Shown here piece after piece: positions 12,385 through 24,058 of a stretch of 64,000 bases of DNA; the stretch's first letter is position 1, and every line of letters starts with the position of its first letter. This DNA comes from Perkinsus chesapeaki ATCC PRA-425. Its lineage: Eukaryota; Protista; Perkinsozoa. The position numbers and the translations under genes are program-made. The notes below the pieces were generated by a model that was not told the origin of the DNA, did no database searches, and saw nothing but the letters and a program-made list of their open reading frames with translations. The stretch is from NCBI GenBank assembly GCA_013115145.1, contig JAAPAO010000008.1:1-64000 (forward strand), given 5' to 3'.

Positions 12385-13593
12385 CTAAGGCGACGCTTCT
12401 CCAGAGGTCAACCAATCCTCATGTAGATAGGTAGCGCCTATCTGTCGCAGCTCATCCGGCATATTTTTGTTCCTATTCGCCTTCACCGATGAAAACGTAA
12501 TTTGTCTTTCATTGTACAAAAATGATATGTAATATTTTCGTAAAAGATTAACTCCGATGATACCCGTGTGCTGGGTGCTGTCGTCGGCATGCAAAGCTAA
12601 ATAACATCTTTCGCCAGTTGATGTATTCTGACTCTCCACATAGAATTTCTGCGGTATCTCAATAGGCCACGACGGAGGAGCAGAAAATAATATCTCTATA
12701 GAAGGCATATGAGAACGATCGGAGCAGCTTGAGAGATACCATCGATGAATGGTCGAGTCATAGACCATAACTTCTCGCTTTGCGTTCTTAGTAGACTCTC
12801 TTTTCAGAGACTCGACAACTTTTTCATATACGTCTGTGGATAAACACAAATCAGTGCTTCCACTATCGATTGTCATTTCTTGCCACATTGTAATCTCCTC
12901 CTCCTCACCTACCCTCACTCTTGTCATCACAATTGTCCACCTGTCGTGTTTGTAACCAAGAGGTATCTTTTCTAAGAGCGCGCCGCGCCTATTTGGATCG
13001 TGTCCACCTATTATGAGCTCCCCCTCGTTCGGATTCCCTCTCGAGAAATACATACTGAAATCCATGGTATCTATTAAACCTTTATTTCTGAGCTGTCTGA
13101 TGAAAGATATGCTTCTTCCGTCACCGCCTTCTCTAAGTGCCATTCCAAGAGCCGCATGAGGCCAGTGGCCGACAGGTGTATAGTTAATAACTAACCCGAA
13201 TTGTACACCGGTAATGACCTCCCCTCCTGCCTCTATGGTACCTTCCTCGCAAACCAGATGGGCGCAACTTCCATCACAGAATCTGTTCTTGATTTCAACC
13301 TCTTTGCAGCCCTTGCTGCTTCCCTTGTAGCACCCGTAGGGGTAGCTTTCGCATGCTTCGTCATGGGGCACGAGCTTGCCAAGCGAATCTTTGTCGATAA
13401 AAAACAGGCCTTCGGAGCCGGTATCGACCATCAGATCCATCTCCTGTCCGTCAGCCTTGATTCTTGTCATTATGCCGTAGTCGAGTGTGAACTTTGAACT
13501 ATCGTGGGTCCACCATCGTAACGGCAACCGCAACAGTTTACCCCCTCTTGAAACCGAGAATAATAGCAAAATCAACGCAGTTTTGATAACCAT
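12385..13593 (-). CDS. Intronless divergent pepsin-family aspartic protease with signal peptide
   Basis: Single ORF with catalytic motifs MVDTGS and TIDSGS, GELIIGG and IIGVNLLRKYYISF. Likely start is MVIKTALILLLFSVSRG at 13593. Confidence 0.88.
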   Translation of the reverse strand: MVIKTALILLLFSVSRGGKLLRLPLRWWTHDSSKFTLDYGIMTRIKADGQEMDLMVDTGSEGLFFIDKDSLGKLVPHDEACESYPYGCYKGSSKGCKEVEIKNRFCDGSCAHLVCEEGTIEAGGEVITGVQFGLVINYTPVGHWPHAALGMALREGGDGRSISFIRQLRNKGLIDTMDFSMYFSRGNPNEGELIIGGHDPNRRGALLEKIPLGYKHDRWTIVMTRVRVGEEEEITMWQEMTIDSGSTDLCLSTDVYEKVVESLKRESTKNAKREVMVYDSTIHRWYLSSCSDRSHMPSIEILFSAPPSWPIEIPQKFYVESQNTSTGERCYLALHADDSTQHTGIIGVNLLRKYYISFLYNERQITFSSVKANRNKNMPDELRQIGATYLHEDWLTSGEASP

Positions 13594-13782
13594 ATCCACT
13601 TGGGAGGCACAAGACAAAACAACGCTGATAAAGGACACAATTGGATCGTACTGGCAGATGATGATACTGAGTGACAACCTCCCAGCCCTCCGCTAGATGC
13701 CCCCAAGTAACAATTCAATGGCAGATGGATTGGTTTGAAACTTTTATTCACTTGGTAAATACGTACCCCAGTAGTAGTTAGA

Positions 13783-14887
13783 TTAGGCAAGCTCAATAAA
13801 ACCAGATGACAGCTTGAACTCAGGCCTACTCTTGATGAAGTTGGAAAGCTTACTCACGGACGCCGGCTTCCGAAGCTTCGATCCGATTTGTCCAACGTTG
13901 GTTCGACCTAATCAAAATACACAGTCCACACTAAATGCAGAACCCTTGTTAGTTTACCGTTCTTTGTTAGATATTCAACGATGCTTTTGGCATAGTCATC
14001 CTCCACCTTATTGCCGTCCTTCTTGGCGGCCTTAGCAGGCTTGCTTGCCTTAGGAGATGCCTCATCAACCGATAATTTCCTCTTCTTATCCTATCATTCA
14101 TCAACATCTCCCTATCAACCCTTACACTAACTACTACCTCAGGCTTGGCAGCAGCCTCAGCCACCTTCTTTGGGGAGGGCTTCTTAGGTGATTCAGTAAC
14201 CTTCTTGGGAGAGGCAGCGGCCTTCTTAGGTGAAGGCTTCTGCTCCTCCTCTTCTTCCTCTTCCTCGAGCTCCTCTACAATCTCATCGCCTTCCTCTTCG
14301 TCATCATCACTCTCCTCATCGCTATCCTCAACCTGAGTTGCCGTCCCATGTGAAACAATATCCAACAAAATGCTGACTTCCATTCCCTGCTGCTTTGCCT
14401 TCTCCTTTACCATCCGCGTAAGCTCCTTATTAAGCGCCTCGTGCATATCGGCCTCGCCTGCCTCGCTGCTCTCCTCCTCGCTCTCATCATCACCCTCTTC
14501 AGTGTCGTAAAACTCGTAGCATCTGACAAACCGCAGTAAAACCGAAAGCATAGGCCATGCTCCGTACCCAGTAAGATGGACTTCCTCCTTGCCCTTGTTA
14601 ACAAAGGTAGGCGGGTCCGCGGGAGAGAAAGTGAGATCAAGTCCGAGGGCCTCAGTGGCGCCTTTTTGCAGCACTGCGATGGTAAAGGAATCACCTTCGC
14701 TCTCCTTGACCTAATATAAGCATTAGATAGTGTTGCTGTGGTTTGTATATCTCACTTGAATCTCACAACGAGCATCTGACTTGGGGTTGACCAAGCAAGC
14801 TTGAGTTAGGTGGACCATATCAGCATTCACCTCATCCATGGTTTCAGACTCTCCACCCTTCAAGGCAACACCAAAGAACATCTTCAT
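13783..14887 (-). CDS. Nucleoplasmin-like (NPL) domain protein with acidic and basic tracts and a C-terminal winged-helix-like domain
   Basis: MFFGVALKGG...VHLTQACL...IAVLQKG...LDLTF...EVHLTGY is the NPL pattern. It is followed by D/E tracts and SPKK repeats. The spliced C-terminus is DYAKSIVEYLTKNGRTNVGQIGSKLRKPASVSKLSNFIKSRPEFKLSSGFIELA*. Confidence 0.8.
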
Positions 14888-15052
14888 TAGGCGAGGGCTC
14901 TCCATTTAATAACGAGGATAATAACAACAATCGCCTAACTAAAGCCTGGAATCCCTTTAGTGACGTTATAGTGTATCGGAGGACTCCTGGTGCGCATGCG
15001 TGCAAGGACCGCGCTGCGCCCTGGCGATCGATTAAACGCACCGTCTTGAAGA
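14888..15052. promoter_or_regulatory. Compact 165-bp bidirectional promoter region
   Basis: Lies between divergent start codons at 14887 (-) and 15053 (+). Contains the palindrome CGCATGCG (14993-15000). Confidence 0.5.
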
Positions 15053-16168
15053 ATGGGCAAGTCCAAGCAAGCGAAGATCCCCGTCCAAAAGACGGAAAAT
15101 GATATCTATAAGCCAGTATTGCGGCCCAAGAACGAGGGAGAGAGCATCAAGGTACGTCCGCCGATCTTTGGGCGATCTCTGGAGCCTTGGGGACGGCAGT
15201 CTTACCGTGTCAGGTTGCTGAAGCTGTTATCAAACGTAGAGACCGCAATCTGAAGGCATTGGCTGCTCGACAGCGTCGGGTTAAGGAGCAGAAGCTTGAG
15301 AAGAAGAGGTTGGGCAAGGCTGCTAAGATGGTAATTGATATAGGCAACGGTTAAGGAAATATTCATCATACCAGATTTCCGCCAACTCTCTGGTCGTGAA
15401 GGCTCGCGAAAGGCTTATGGACCGCAGAAGGGCTAAAGTAACTAAACAGAAGAATAAGCGTATGGCTGTTCTCGGGGACGTCATCCCCGGACGGGTAAAC
15501 TTTAATTTAAATCGTTTTGCAGAGGTCCTCCCTCGCAGGTCTTCCTGGTTGTTCGTAACGATCGTCGTTCCCCTTCTGCAACTGTTCTAAAGGCTCTTCG
15601 TAAACTGGGGCTTCGTAAGCATGGACATGCCATGTTCATCGAGGACAATCTCGAGAACCGCGAACTTCTACGTATATGCGAGACGTATGGCTGCTGCCTG
15701 AGAAGCTCGACGTTTATGAATCCTATTACAGATTCGTCTACTACGGGGTACCGTCGCCAAAGGCAATCTCAGACCTCCTCCATAAGAAGGCATACATCCA
15801 GTCCAAAGCCGGTGAGGGCTACGAGCTACTCACTAACAACCTGGTAAGGATCTTCCGCGAGGGCAACCGTGGAGGGGTGCCGTTAGGTCATCGAAGAGGC
15901 TCTTGGTGATATCAATATCCTCTCTGTCGAGGATGTTGTTGATGTAGTTAAGGCTGGCAATGCCGGAGAAGGTAGTAGAGGTCATCGGGTGCACGATGGG
16001 AGGTTGTGGCTTTCAGCTGTGAACTTGGAGAAGCTCGGGCGTGTCCTGTCGTTACTTGTTCCCTTTACTATGGGAGATGTCCGTAAGGCTGATGTTAACG
16101 TACCGACTTCAAAGATTGTATGGGGCTATGTAAAGAGGATGGACAATATGCTCTACAAGACATTGTAA
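15053..16168 (+). CDS. uL30-family ribosomal protein L7-like (Rlp7/RPL7L1-type; multi-exon)
   Basis: Basic coiled N-terminus; KALRKLGLRK; FVYYGVPSPKAISDLLHKKAY; LTNNL-VIEEALGDINILSVEDVV; stop 16166-16168. Confidence 0.8.
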
Positions 16169-16399
16169 ATTTATCACTCACTGCTACTGCTGCCGCTGCT
16201 GTCTGGGTGGTCGCCTTGAGCACCAATAAGGACATCACGTAGAAATAACGTTTCTCTTCCTAGTCTTATTTGTTTGATTGAGTTGTTCACATTTTATGAT
16301 CGGAGGGGTTGGGAATGTAGAGCTAAGGAGGAGGAGAGTTAAAGCGACTACGCTAAGGGAAGCTGGAGACCAGCACGAAACGCAATCGGGGAGATGTGA

Positions 16400-18976
16400 T
16401 TATGCAAGTCGCAGAGAAGAATCCGAAGTGGCACCAATGGCAGCGTTACGACCTCGCAGGTGCCTAGCGTCCAGAAGGATTGGCCTGGTCGAATTCAATT
16501 TCAAAGATATTGGCACCATCGACTTCCGAAACTCAACCGTCAATCCTCTCGAATGTGTACAATCTTTAACATGATTTTTCGTATGAAGTCTCATCACTTA
16601 CCAACTCTGAGCCTTCCTTCGGCGATCTCGAGCTGTCGGCGAAGTATCTTGTCGAGAGCAGCCGAGCTCTCACCTTCCTTTCGAGGTCCTTCTTCTTCTT
16701 TTCAAGATTCTGTTCCTCCACCTTCAGTAAAAGGCACTCCATAAACTAACAACATTAACATATCGCCGAGATGCCCCCACCAGGGTTCGAACCTGCGGCC
16801 CATCGGAATCCCCTTCTGGAGAACCGTTGCCCGCATTTGCGAGGTTTCTGCTCTGTATCTACAGCCAGCAGTTTTCTGACACCTCTAGCTACACCTCCTA
16901 ACCCTTATTTTATCATTCTCCTTCCTGGCCTTGTCTTTCTCTGCCACCACCTACCCTGATATGGCCATCCTCATCACAGCCTGCAACTCACCCGTATAAT
17001 ATCTTGCTCGGCCTTTGATAGCATACACTTCCTTTTCTCTATCTCCTCTTTTAACACTGCCTCCTCCCCGAGTAAATCCCCTATGCGGTTCTTCATACCA
17101 TTCACTTGCTAAAGTACAGATCATCAGAACCATCGGTGAGATGGCTAGGTATCGCAATCCAGCGAGCTTCGCTGTGTATTCACAGTGGGAGAGGCTTCTC
17201 ACTTATACGCAAAGACGAGTAAGAACTTTGTCTTTGGTAATGTCCTATAAGGCTACCATAGTAGAACATCTCGCCTTTTAGTTATATCATACCGTAATGC
17301 TTTAAGTAATTAGTTTCCGACCAATGTGCTTGAAATACCCTACTGAAGTATACAGTCCAGAGTGAGCAGTGCTCTGGCAGCACTGCGGGGGCAACCAAGC
17401 CTCGACGGCCTACCTTGGTAACCTTCGCATGCGTCTTCTTAAGATCAACCAGCTCCTTATTAGCCTCCTCTATCTTACTCACAAACTGTTGGTTTTCTAT
17501 CTGTAGCTTGTGGAAATCTATATACTGCAGACCATCACCGCCCTGTCAACACAGCAGATTCCGACCAAGTTACCAATACCTATCCGACCTGCTCTTTCTC
17601 GCGTAGCTGCCCTTCGGCCTTCCTGATGGCAACCTTCATAGCCTAACACAGGAGCTACTCCAGACCCGAACGGCCGGCGTTCGCGCCCAACCTGGTTTTT
17701 TGCAGTGAGTTTGCTGAGCAGCATGTCCTTTTGAGTGAGCTTGTCCTCGAAATGTCTCAAAACCCGCTCGGCGATTGTCTTCCCCGTCCTGATGTGTTCC
17801 GAGGTTAGCAATGCATGTGTTAGGGTTGTTCCATACCTAGGATTCTCGGCACCGACAACGATATCCCTTCTGAACTCGAAGGCGTCCCTTTTAACCTCGG
17901 CGGCCCGAATGTCGGTCTCCTCCATCAGAGCCTGGAGATCATCTTCAAGAGCAGTTGGCCGTTGGGGGGGCCACCTTGAGGATTTCCAAATTGTGATCGC
18001 CACGCTTGCTAGATTGAACTATCTCGTCTTTGACCGCTCTCATCTGACCAGGCAGAGGCAAAAGAGTGACAAGGACACTCCAGAACGAACTGCATTCCCC
18101 GACTATCAGCGAGGCTCTGCGAATATCAGCAGCTCGTCGTGTCACACAAAGGTTGCTGGGAAATCTATTCTCGATAAGAAATCGCTAACGCCTCGTAGAT
18201 GGCCTCACCTCATCTTGCGCTATCTCGTATTTCTCATCAAGTGACAATGTTTTACGGACAGCTTTGGCACCTGAATGGTCTCTCAATAGGGAGGATGCCA
18301 GAGCCACCACTGCCTCTGCCACGCCCAATGAGTAGCTTCCCTCTACCATCCCCCAAGGAGTCTTGTGCTGCAGCAGCATCGGTATTCTCATCTCCTATAA
18401 AGATAAACAGAGTTCACATTCAGTGTTGGTCAACTAACTTGCATTAGGAAATATTTATGGATAATAACGTTGCGAACGTCATTCGTTGAAGGCCGACAAT
18501 GACATTTACTGCATTAAGTGTCATCGTAGCCGCAATGAGCTGGGTCCCTTGGAATCTACGGTTCTCCCCGGCACATAGTTGACACCCTGGTATCCATTCC
18601 ACGTTTGGAAACCCAATATACTCACTAGCGCCTTTCCGATGGAGGTAGCCAGCCAGGAGCTCGGCCTCTACACCGATGAGCTCGTTCTGTAAAGAAGGGA
18701 GTGTCTGACAGCTTTTCGACGGTTACCGACCTCGCCCTGGATTCTCTCAATTTCGTCTTTGAGTCCGTCTATCTGTGTGGCTATCTCTATCGCGGATTCT
18801 GATGGTTGCATTCGATCCAGTGCAACTGAGCAGTGGTAGTACACTGAACGAAGACAGGGAGAGCTCCGGAAGTCAAAGCTAGTTCCGTGCCCGGGACACG
18901 AGTCACCGAATGGTGGGAGTAAGATTCCCCCACCTTGACCACATGTGTCACTGTAACTCAACTCCTTGGCCTCCAA
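16400..18976 (-). CDS. CCDC113: Cilia-associated coiled-coil protein CCDC113 (CFAP263)-like (multi-exon; 3' end approximate)
   Basis: EVKRDAFEFRRDIVVGAENPR; ERVLRHFEDKLTQKDMLLSKLTAKN; YIDFHKLQIENQQFVSKIEEANKELVDLK; KKKDLERK|LEIAE. Confidence 0.8.
16772..16801 (-). other. Orphan tRNA 3'-half-like sequence (intronic)
   Basis: Minus strand reads GGGCC-GCAGG-TTCGAAC-CCTGG-TGGGGGC-A. The T stem is 4/5 paired and no 5' half is present. Confidence 0.45.
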
Positions 18977-19157
18977 GGATGTGATGAGATGTAATAGAAA
19001 AGTCGCTGATTCTCCAGATAGACGGTTCCAAAAAACAGTACTCCTGCAGCAAGCAATATAAGCCGCCTCTCTTACGAGGCCCGAGAGACTCTCGCTATGT
19101 CACGGAGACGAGACCGAAGAGGCGACCGTATGGTCGAAAGGCCGTATTTGAGGCAGG

Positions 19158-20718
19158 TTACTCGAATCGTACTACGTCGCCGACATGCAAAACGGGAAAG
19201 GTTGTTGGGTCGACGAACCTAGCAATGGCGTTGACGCCTATGAACACTCTTCTCTTGTGTGCAGACAAGAATGGTGTATGGCGAGGGTGGCAGCTGTCTA
19301 CCACCAGACCACCTGGAGAGGAAGATAGCGCGCAGTGACGGCTTCAGGGACGACGATACCTCGACGGTAAGTCATAAGAGTTGGGAAAGGCTCTTTGGTC
19401 TTTTTGTCCATGACTCCCGTGTCTGGATCAACAGAAGGGATGGTGCAACGGTTGCAGGGTCGAGCTGACACAGGAAAAGCTCCAAGAGGGGCAACTGCTT
19501 TGAACTCACCTAAGTCAAGCCAGCAGTCCGGGTGTTGCTCGAATCGAAGTGTGGCGTACTTATCCTCAGTGAACGGAGCGCACCTGATAAGGAAGGCGAC
19601 CGCAAAGAGGGGCAGCTAGGGGTGGTGTACCCGTCAAGGAGAATATTAGTCCGGAACCTCCTATAGTCCATAGATCGACCAACGTCGATAGGAACTCGAG
19701 ATAGGAAGCTAGAGGATGAAGCTCGCGACAGTACTAGAACAGGGAAGCCATCTGATGGACAGGGTGGAGCAGGCAGACCCATGGGGAGAGCTTCTACCGG
19801 ATAATTCTATGGCATCGCCTTCAATTCCACCGTCCTTCTCTGGGAAGGGCCTGAATGGCAGGACATGAAGACCCTCAGAGAGAATGCTAAAGTTCACCTC
19901 AGGTATTCATCTTCCCCAACAGACTTGATTAGGCGAGCTCCAGGCTCTCCTAGGCAACGGCTTAGCCACTCTGCAACGTCGTCTCCCTATGAACATGTGC
20001 TAAAGTAGGCATCCTTGTGGACTCACTTGGTCCATCCCAACAGCCTTGATGCCCCAAAGGATGCTGCTTATTCGTTGACGATCATGTAACAAAGGTACAT
20101 GGATAGTATCATGGCCGCACCCTTCTCGAAAGGTGAGAGTTACGCCTACCGATGTTGAGCATGCCCTGCAACTTCAGGGGAATTGGCTACCTTCCTCAGT
20201 TGGCATTGAGGGATGAATAAGGCTTAGCTTGGCATTTTCACGCTGAGTGAGTACTCGATAGTCTCCAATGATCCTGATATATGTAATGATATAATATATT
20301 ATAATACACCATACTCTTTATCTTTATCATTAGATGGCACAACAATACAATATATTCTATCATATTTTAAACCCTTCCTTGTTAACTCACAACTATCAAC
20401 ATTAATACCAGCTGCTGACTTTACTGGATATCTACAATACACCCTATATCACCTGAATAGAACAGGTCATACTCACACTATAAGCTTATCGATCCTTGCA
20501 AGTCTCTCCTCCTCTACCGCTTTGCTTCCTTCGCTGCTTGTACGCCTAGTGTACAAAAAGAGACCTACCGCAGCGGCAGCCACTGTCGTAGCAGTGGCTG
20601 CAACTCCTACTGAGGTTTGCTGTGATAACATAAGTGGAATACGTTAAAAACTGACCTCCACCGTTATCTGTAATGGGTGTCGAAGCCAAGCAATAGTATC
20701 ATAGATTATCAATATCAT
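19158..20718 (-). CDS. mARC-like MOSC-domain molybdoenzyme, paralog A (multi-exon, N-terminal TM anchor)
   Basis: Spliced motifs: YPVKSAAGINVDS; DYRVLTQRENAKLSLI; GDDVAEWLSRCLG; DGFPVLVLSRAS; MDYRRFRTNILLDG; RPCNRCTIPSVDPDTG; EPFPTLMTYRR; LHVGDVVRFE*. Confidence 0.9.
20240..20521. repeat. 282-bp direct repeat, copy 1 (identical to 23682-23963)
   Basis: By visual base-by-base comparison it is identical to copy 2. It spans exon parts and two introns of mARC paralog A. Confidence 0.92.
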
Positions 20719-21123
20719 AACATGCTTGAAATATGATACACACTGCTATTACGTATAACGGCAGCAGCAAATCTGTATCAACGAAAATGCGCAAGGCGAT
20801 CAACATAGCAACTTGTCCTAAGGGAGTCTCCTATTGAAGGGACCCGCGTTCAAGTAACAGAGTAGAATCGATAACTACAACGGAGTACGCCTTGTGAGAG
20901 GTTCGATGAGACGAAACAATCGCTGAGGGTAGCCCTGACCAGCGAGACTCAAAGTAAGTTACTAATAAAAACTGCATGAAAGGATATGACATATTTACGA
21001 CTGTATGTGGTTGCCAATGTGAAATTCAATAATCACTGTGCGATTAACAGCACGCATGGTCATATTCGCGTACAACCCCAGGGAAGCAAGATCCACAGAT
21101 GAAGCCACCAACAAACCGCAGGG

Positions 21124-21600
21124 TTAGCAGAGGAGACACTGAAACCTGAGGACCATCAGCACTAGCGGTGGTGTCTTTCGTTTGGGTGCCGCCGTTCTTT
21201 CCATGTGGAACCCCAACTTTATCTGATATCGCGCATGGTCACCAATATGATTGAGAAGCTTCAGCAACAACTCAGAGTTTTGTATCTCAAAGCCCCACCC
21301 ACTTTTCGTTATCATTTTAAATGGTCCTCCGCAAAGTCAGCACGTGAGCGCATTCATTTCGACGGTGACAAAAAAGTTGTCACGTCTCCTACGCAGGAGA
21401 CCCTGCTGCAGGAGCTCCGCATCTTCAGTTCTTTTTGGTGAGCAGTTAACAAGATTGACACTGGCAGGTCCCTCGCCGTAAGCCTTGCCATCACTAGTCC
21501 ACTGTCGTGTTGCACCACCACGCCATTCGTTGGCTCTCTCGGTGTTCTCTCTGGCCCTCAGAGGAGTAATTATCATGACCGAGTCCTGTCAGAAGTTTCC
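21124..21600 (-). pseudogene. Decayed ORF with CxxC...HxxxH zinc-finger-like pattern, possibly a transposase relic
   Basis: One frame runs ~150 codons with a single internal TGA inside TC*LCGGPF...LLNHIGDH. No introns and no recognisable family. Confidence 0.3.
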
Positions 21601-22066
21601 CTCCATAGTGCACACCTGCCTTAGTAGCACAATGAAGCGATTTACTCTTCACGAAATATATGCTCATCATCAGCAGCATATTAATAAAGTAGTGTAGATG
21701 CCCTCTACCAGAGGGAATCCTTTCCGTGATAGGCAGTGGGTCTTGTAGTGTTCACCTCGAAGCTACGCCTGACCCATCAATTAAGGGCGGGAATGGGGCA
21801 ATGTACGAGAACGGGTCAATAAAGCAAATGAGTGAAGCCACGCTCCTGTTGGACTTCTACGGTTACACTAACTGTTATCGCCGCTTGGCAACACAATGAT
21901 TGTCTGGCAGCTTAACTCGACACTGACTAGGAATATATAGCGGAAACTCCACTGATATTGGCATAGTAGCCACGGACAGTGAAATCATCCGACGGGACCT
22001 TCTATGAGTACTTAAAGCCCAAGAGTTCTGACTACGCATGGTGGACATGGTGATAATAATAATACC

Positions 22067-24058
22067 CTATGTGAAACGCACAACATCGCCTTTACAAATG
22101 ACGGTAGGCTGGGCGTTGGTATCTAAGAATCTAGGAACGCCATAAACGCCCATGAAGACTTTGTTTTTGTGCTTAGTAAGGACTGCATGGTGACGCGGAT
22201 GGCAGGAGGACGCTATTGCAGAGCCTGAGGGGCAGATCGAGTGGACGGACAGCAGCAAGTTTTGGATAGCGATTAACGACGACACTGTGACACAATATCA
22301 ACACCAACTCTTCTAGTGCGGATTTCGTAGGGCAAGCGGCAGCCATATCAACCTTACCGAGAGTACTGAGCGATGCAAAAATCTACCAGAACTGTGTGAA
22401 ATCCCTCGAAAAATTCACCCGAGAAGCAAATTTTTCCGAAAGTGGCATACCTCGCCGAAACGCATTCAAAGTTGGCGTGGGCTCTCGAGTCAAGGTATCC
22501 ATAACACCACAGTCGGGATCGACGGAAGGTATGGTGCACCGGGTACACAGACGGGCTGAAGTGAGATAACCGGGGATTAGCTGCGAGGATCTACCGAGAT
22601 CGAGCCAACAAGTCGAGTTTGCTTCAAAAGTGAGCGTAGAGAACTGGTCCTCGGTATGCGGGCAGCACCTGGGGCATTGAATAGCTGCGCTGCCACCGAG
22701 GACGATGATAGGTTCACCCGTCCAGTAGGATGTTGGGCCTGAATCGTCGGTAGTCCATTGGTCGACCTACACTAACGGGGACTCGAGAGATGAGGGAGGC
22801 TGCTGATGCCCGAGAGAGGACAAGTACAGGAAATCCATCTAAAGGAAGGCTAGGCTGGGAACTGGTGACACGAGGAGCCCACCTTGGTAGTCAAGGCCTT
22901 CGATCTGGGTGGCTCCTTCCTTGGCTGGTGGGCATCTACACGGCGAGTGAAGAGTGTGATGGATGCTAGCTGACGTACCTTAGGAACTCGTTGTCGTTCA
23001 TGGACTTCACAAGGCGCGCTCCTGGCACTTGGAGATATTTGCCCAGCCAATCGGCAACGGCGTCGCCCTGACAGAAGAGTTGGAATATCTCTTGGGCTGA
23101 ACAATTCCCTCACCCAAGCGCATAAAAAGTCACTCTAGTGCTGGAAGGAGAAAACACAATCGGAATTTCGGCGACATTTCTTCTAAGTCACTCCTGAGTA
23201 AAATGTGCAACCGACTATTTATTTTTCGGCACGCTGTGATAGGTGAACTACTAAATCCTTATAGAACGCCGGACGAGCCAGCCTTGGCAGTATAGTGCGG
23301 TCCAGGGGATGCGAAGGGCAACTTCACCGACGCACAGATGATGGTCACAGCCCTGTGGTACTACGGCCCACTGATACAAGAACTTAGCATCTCACGGAGC
23401 GCAGCAGAGCATCCTCCGCTTCGACATATAGTTGAAGGTAGCCTTTGCAGGGATCACCTGGTCGATGCCCTTGACCTCATCACTCCAGATCTTGAAACTT
23501 ATCTCTTTGCCGCAGCTCGACAAAGGAACATGAATGGTCGAATGAGGGGACTGTCCATTAACCTCTCTAAAGCTGAGGGACATACCTGATAGGCATGCTT
23601 TGCGGATCTAGGGAGGAGAGGGATCAGAGCACCGTCACGGGTCGGTAGACTCGGGTAGATCTGGCTCATACGTGGCACGGAACGCTGAGTGAGTACTCGA
23701 TAGTCTCCAATGATCCTGATATATGTAATGATATAATATATTATAATACACCATACTCTTTATCTTTATCATTAGATGGCACAACAATACAATATATTCT
23801 ATCATATTTTAAACCCTTCCTTGTTAACTCACAACTATCAACATTAATACCAGCTGCTGACTTTACTGGATATCTACAATACACCCTATATCACCTGAAT
23901 AGAACAGGTCATACTCACACTATAAGCTTATCGATCCTTGCAAGTCTCTCCTCCTCTACCGCTCTCCTTCTATGTTTTCTACCACGGTAGTATACTGCAC
24001 AAATAGACCCTGCAACTGTCACTGCTGCTAAGCCTAGCGCAACAGGTCTTGGTATCAT
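22067..24058 (-). CDS. mARC-like MOSC-domain molybdoenzyme, paralog B (multi-exon, N-terminal TM anchor)
   Basis: MIPRPVALGLAAVTVAGSICAVYY; YPVKSAAG; GDAVADWLGKYLQV; DGFPVLVLSRAS; MDYRRFRPNILLDG; CTRCTIPSVDPDCG; ICKGDVVRFT*. Confidence 0.9.
23682..23963. repeat. 282-bp direct repeat, copy 2
   Basis: Identical to 20240-20521 and lies within mARC paralog B. Confidence 0.92.

Noticed and set aside
20040-20220. Plus-strand histone-fold (H4/CENP-T-like) reading ...RVTPTDVEHALQLQG
   Set aside because: It needs frameshifts, and the minus strand here splices cleanly into mARC paralog A exons, so it is an antisense coincidence.
20240-23963. 282-bp direct repeats as LTRs of a 3.7-kb retrotransposon
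   Set aside because: No TG...CA ends, PBS, PPT or gag/pol. The repeats are exon/intron parts of two mARC genes.
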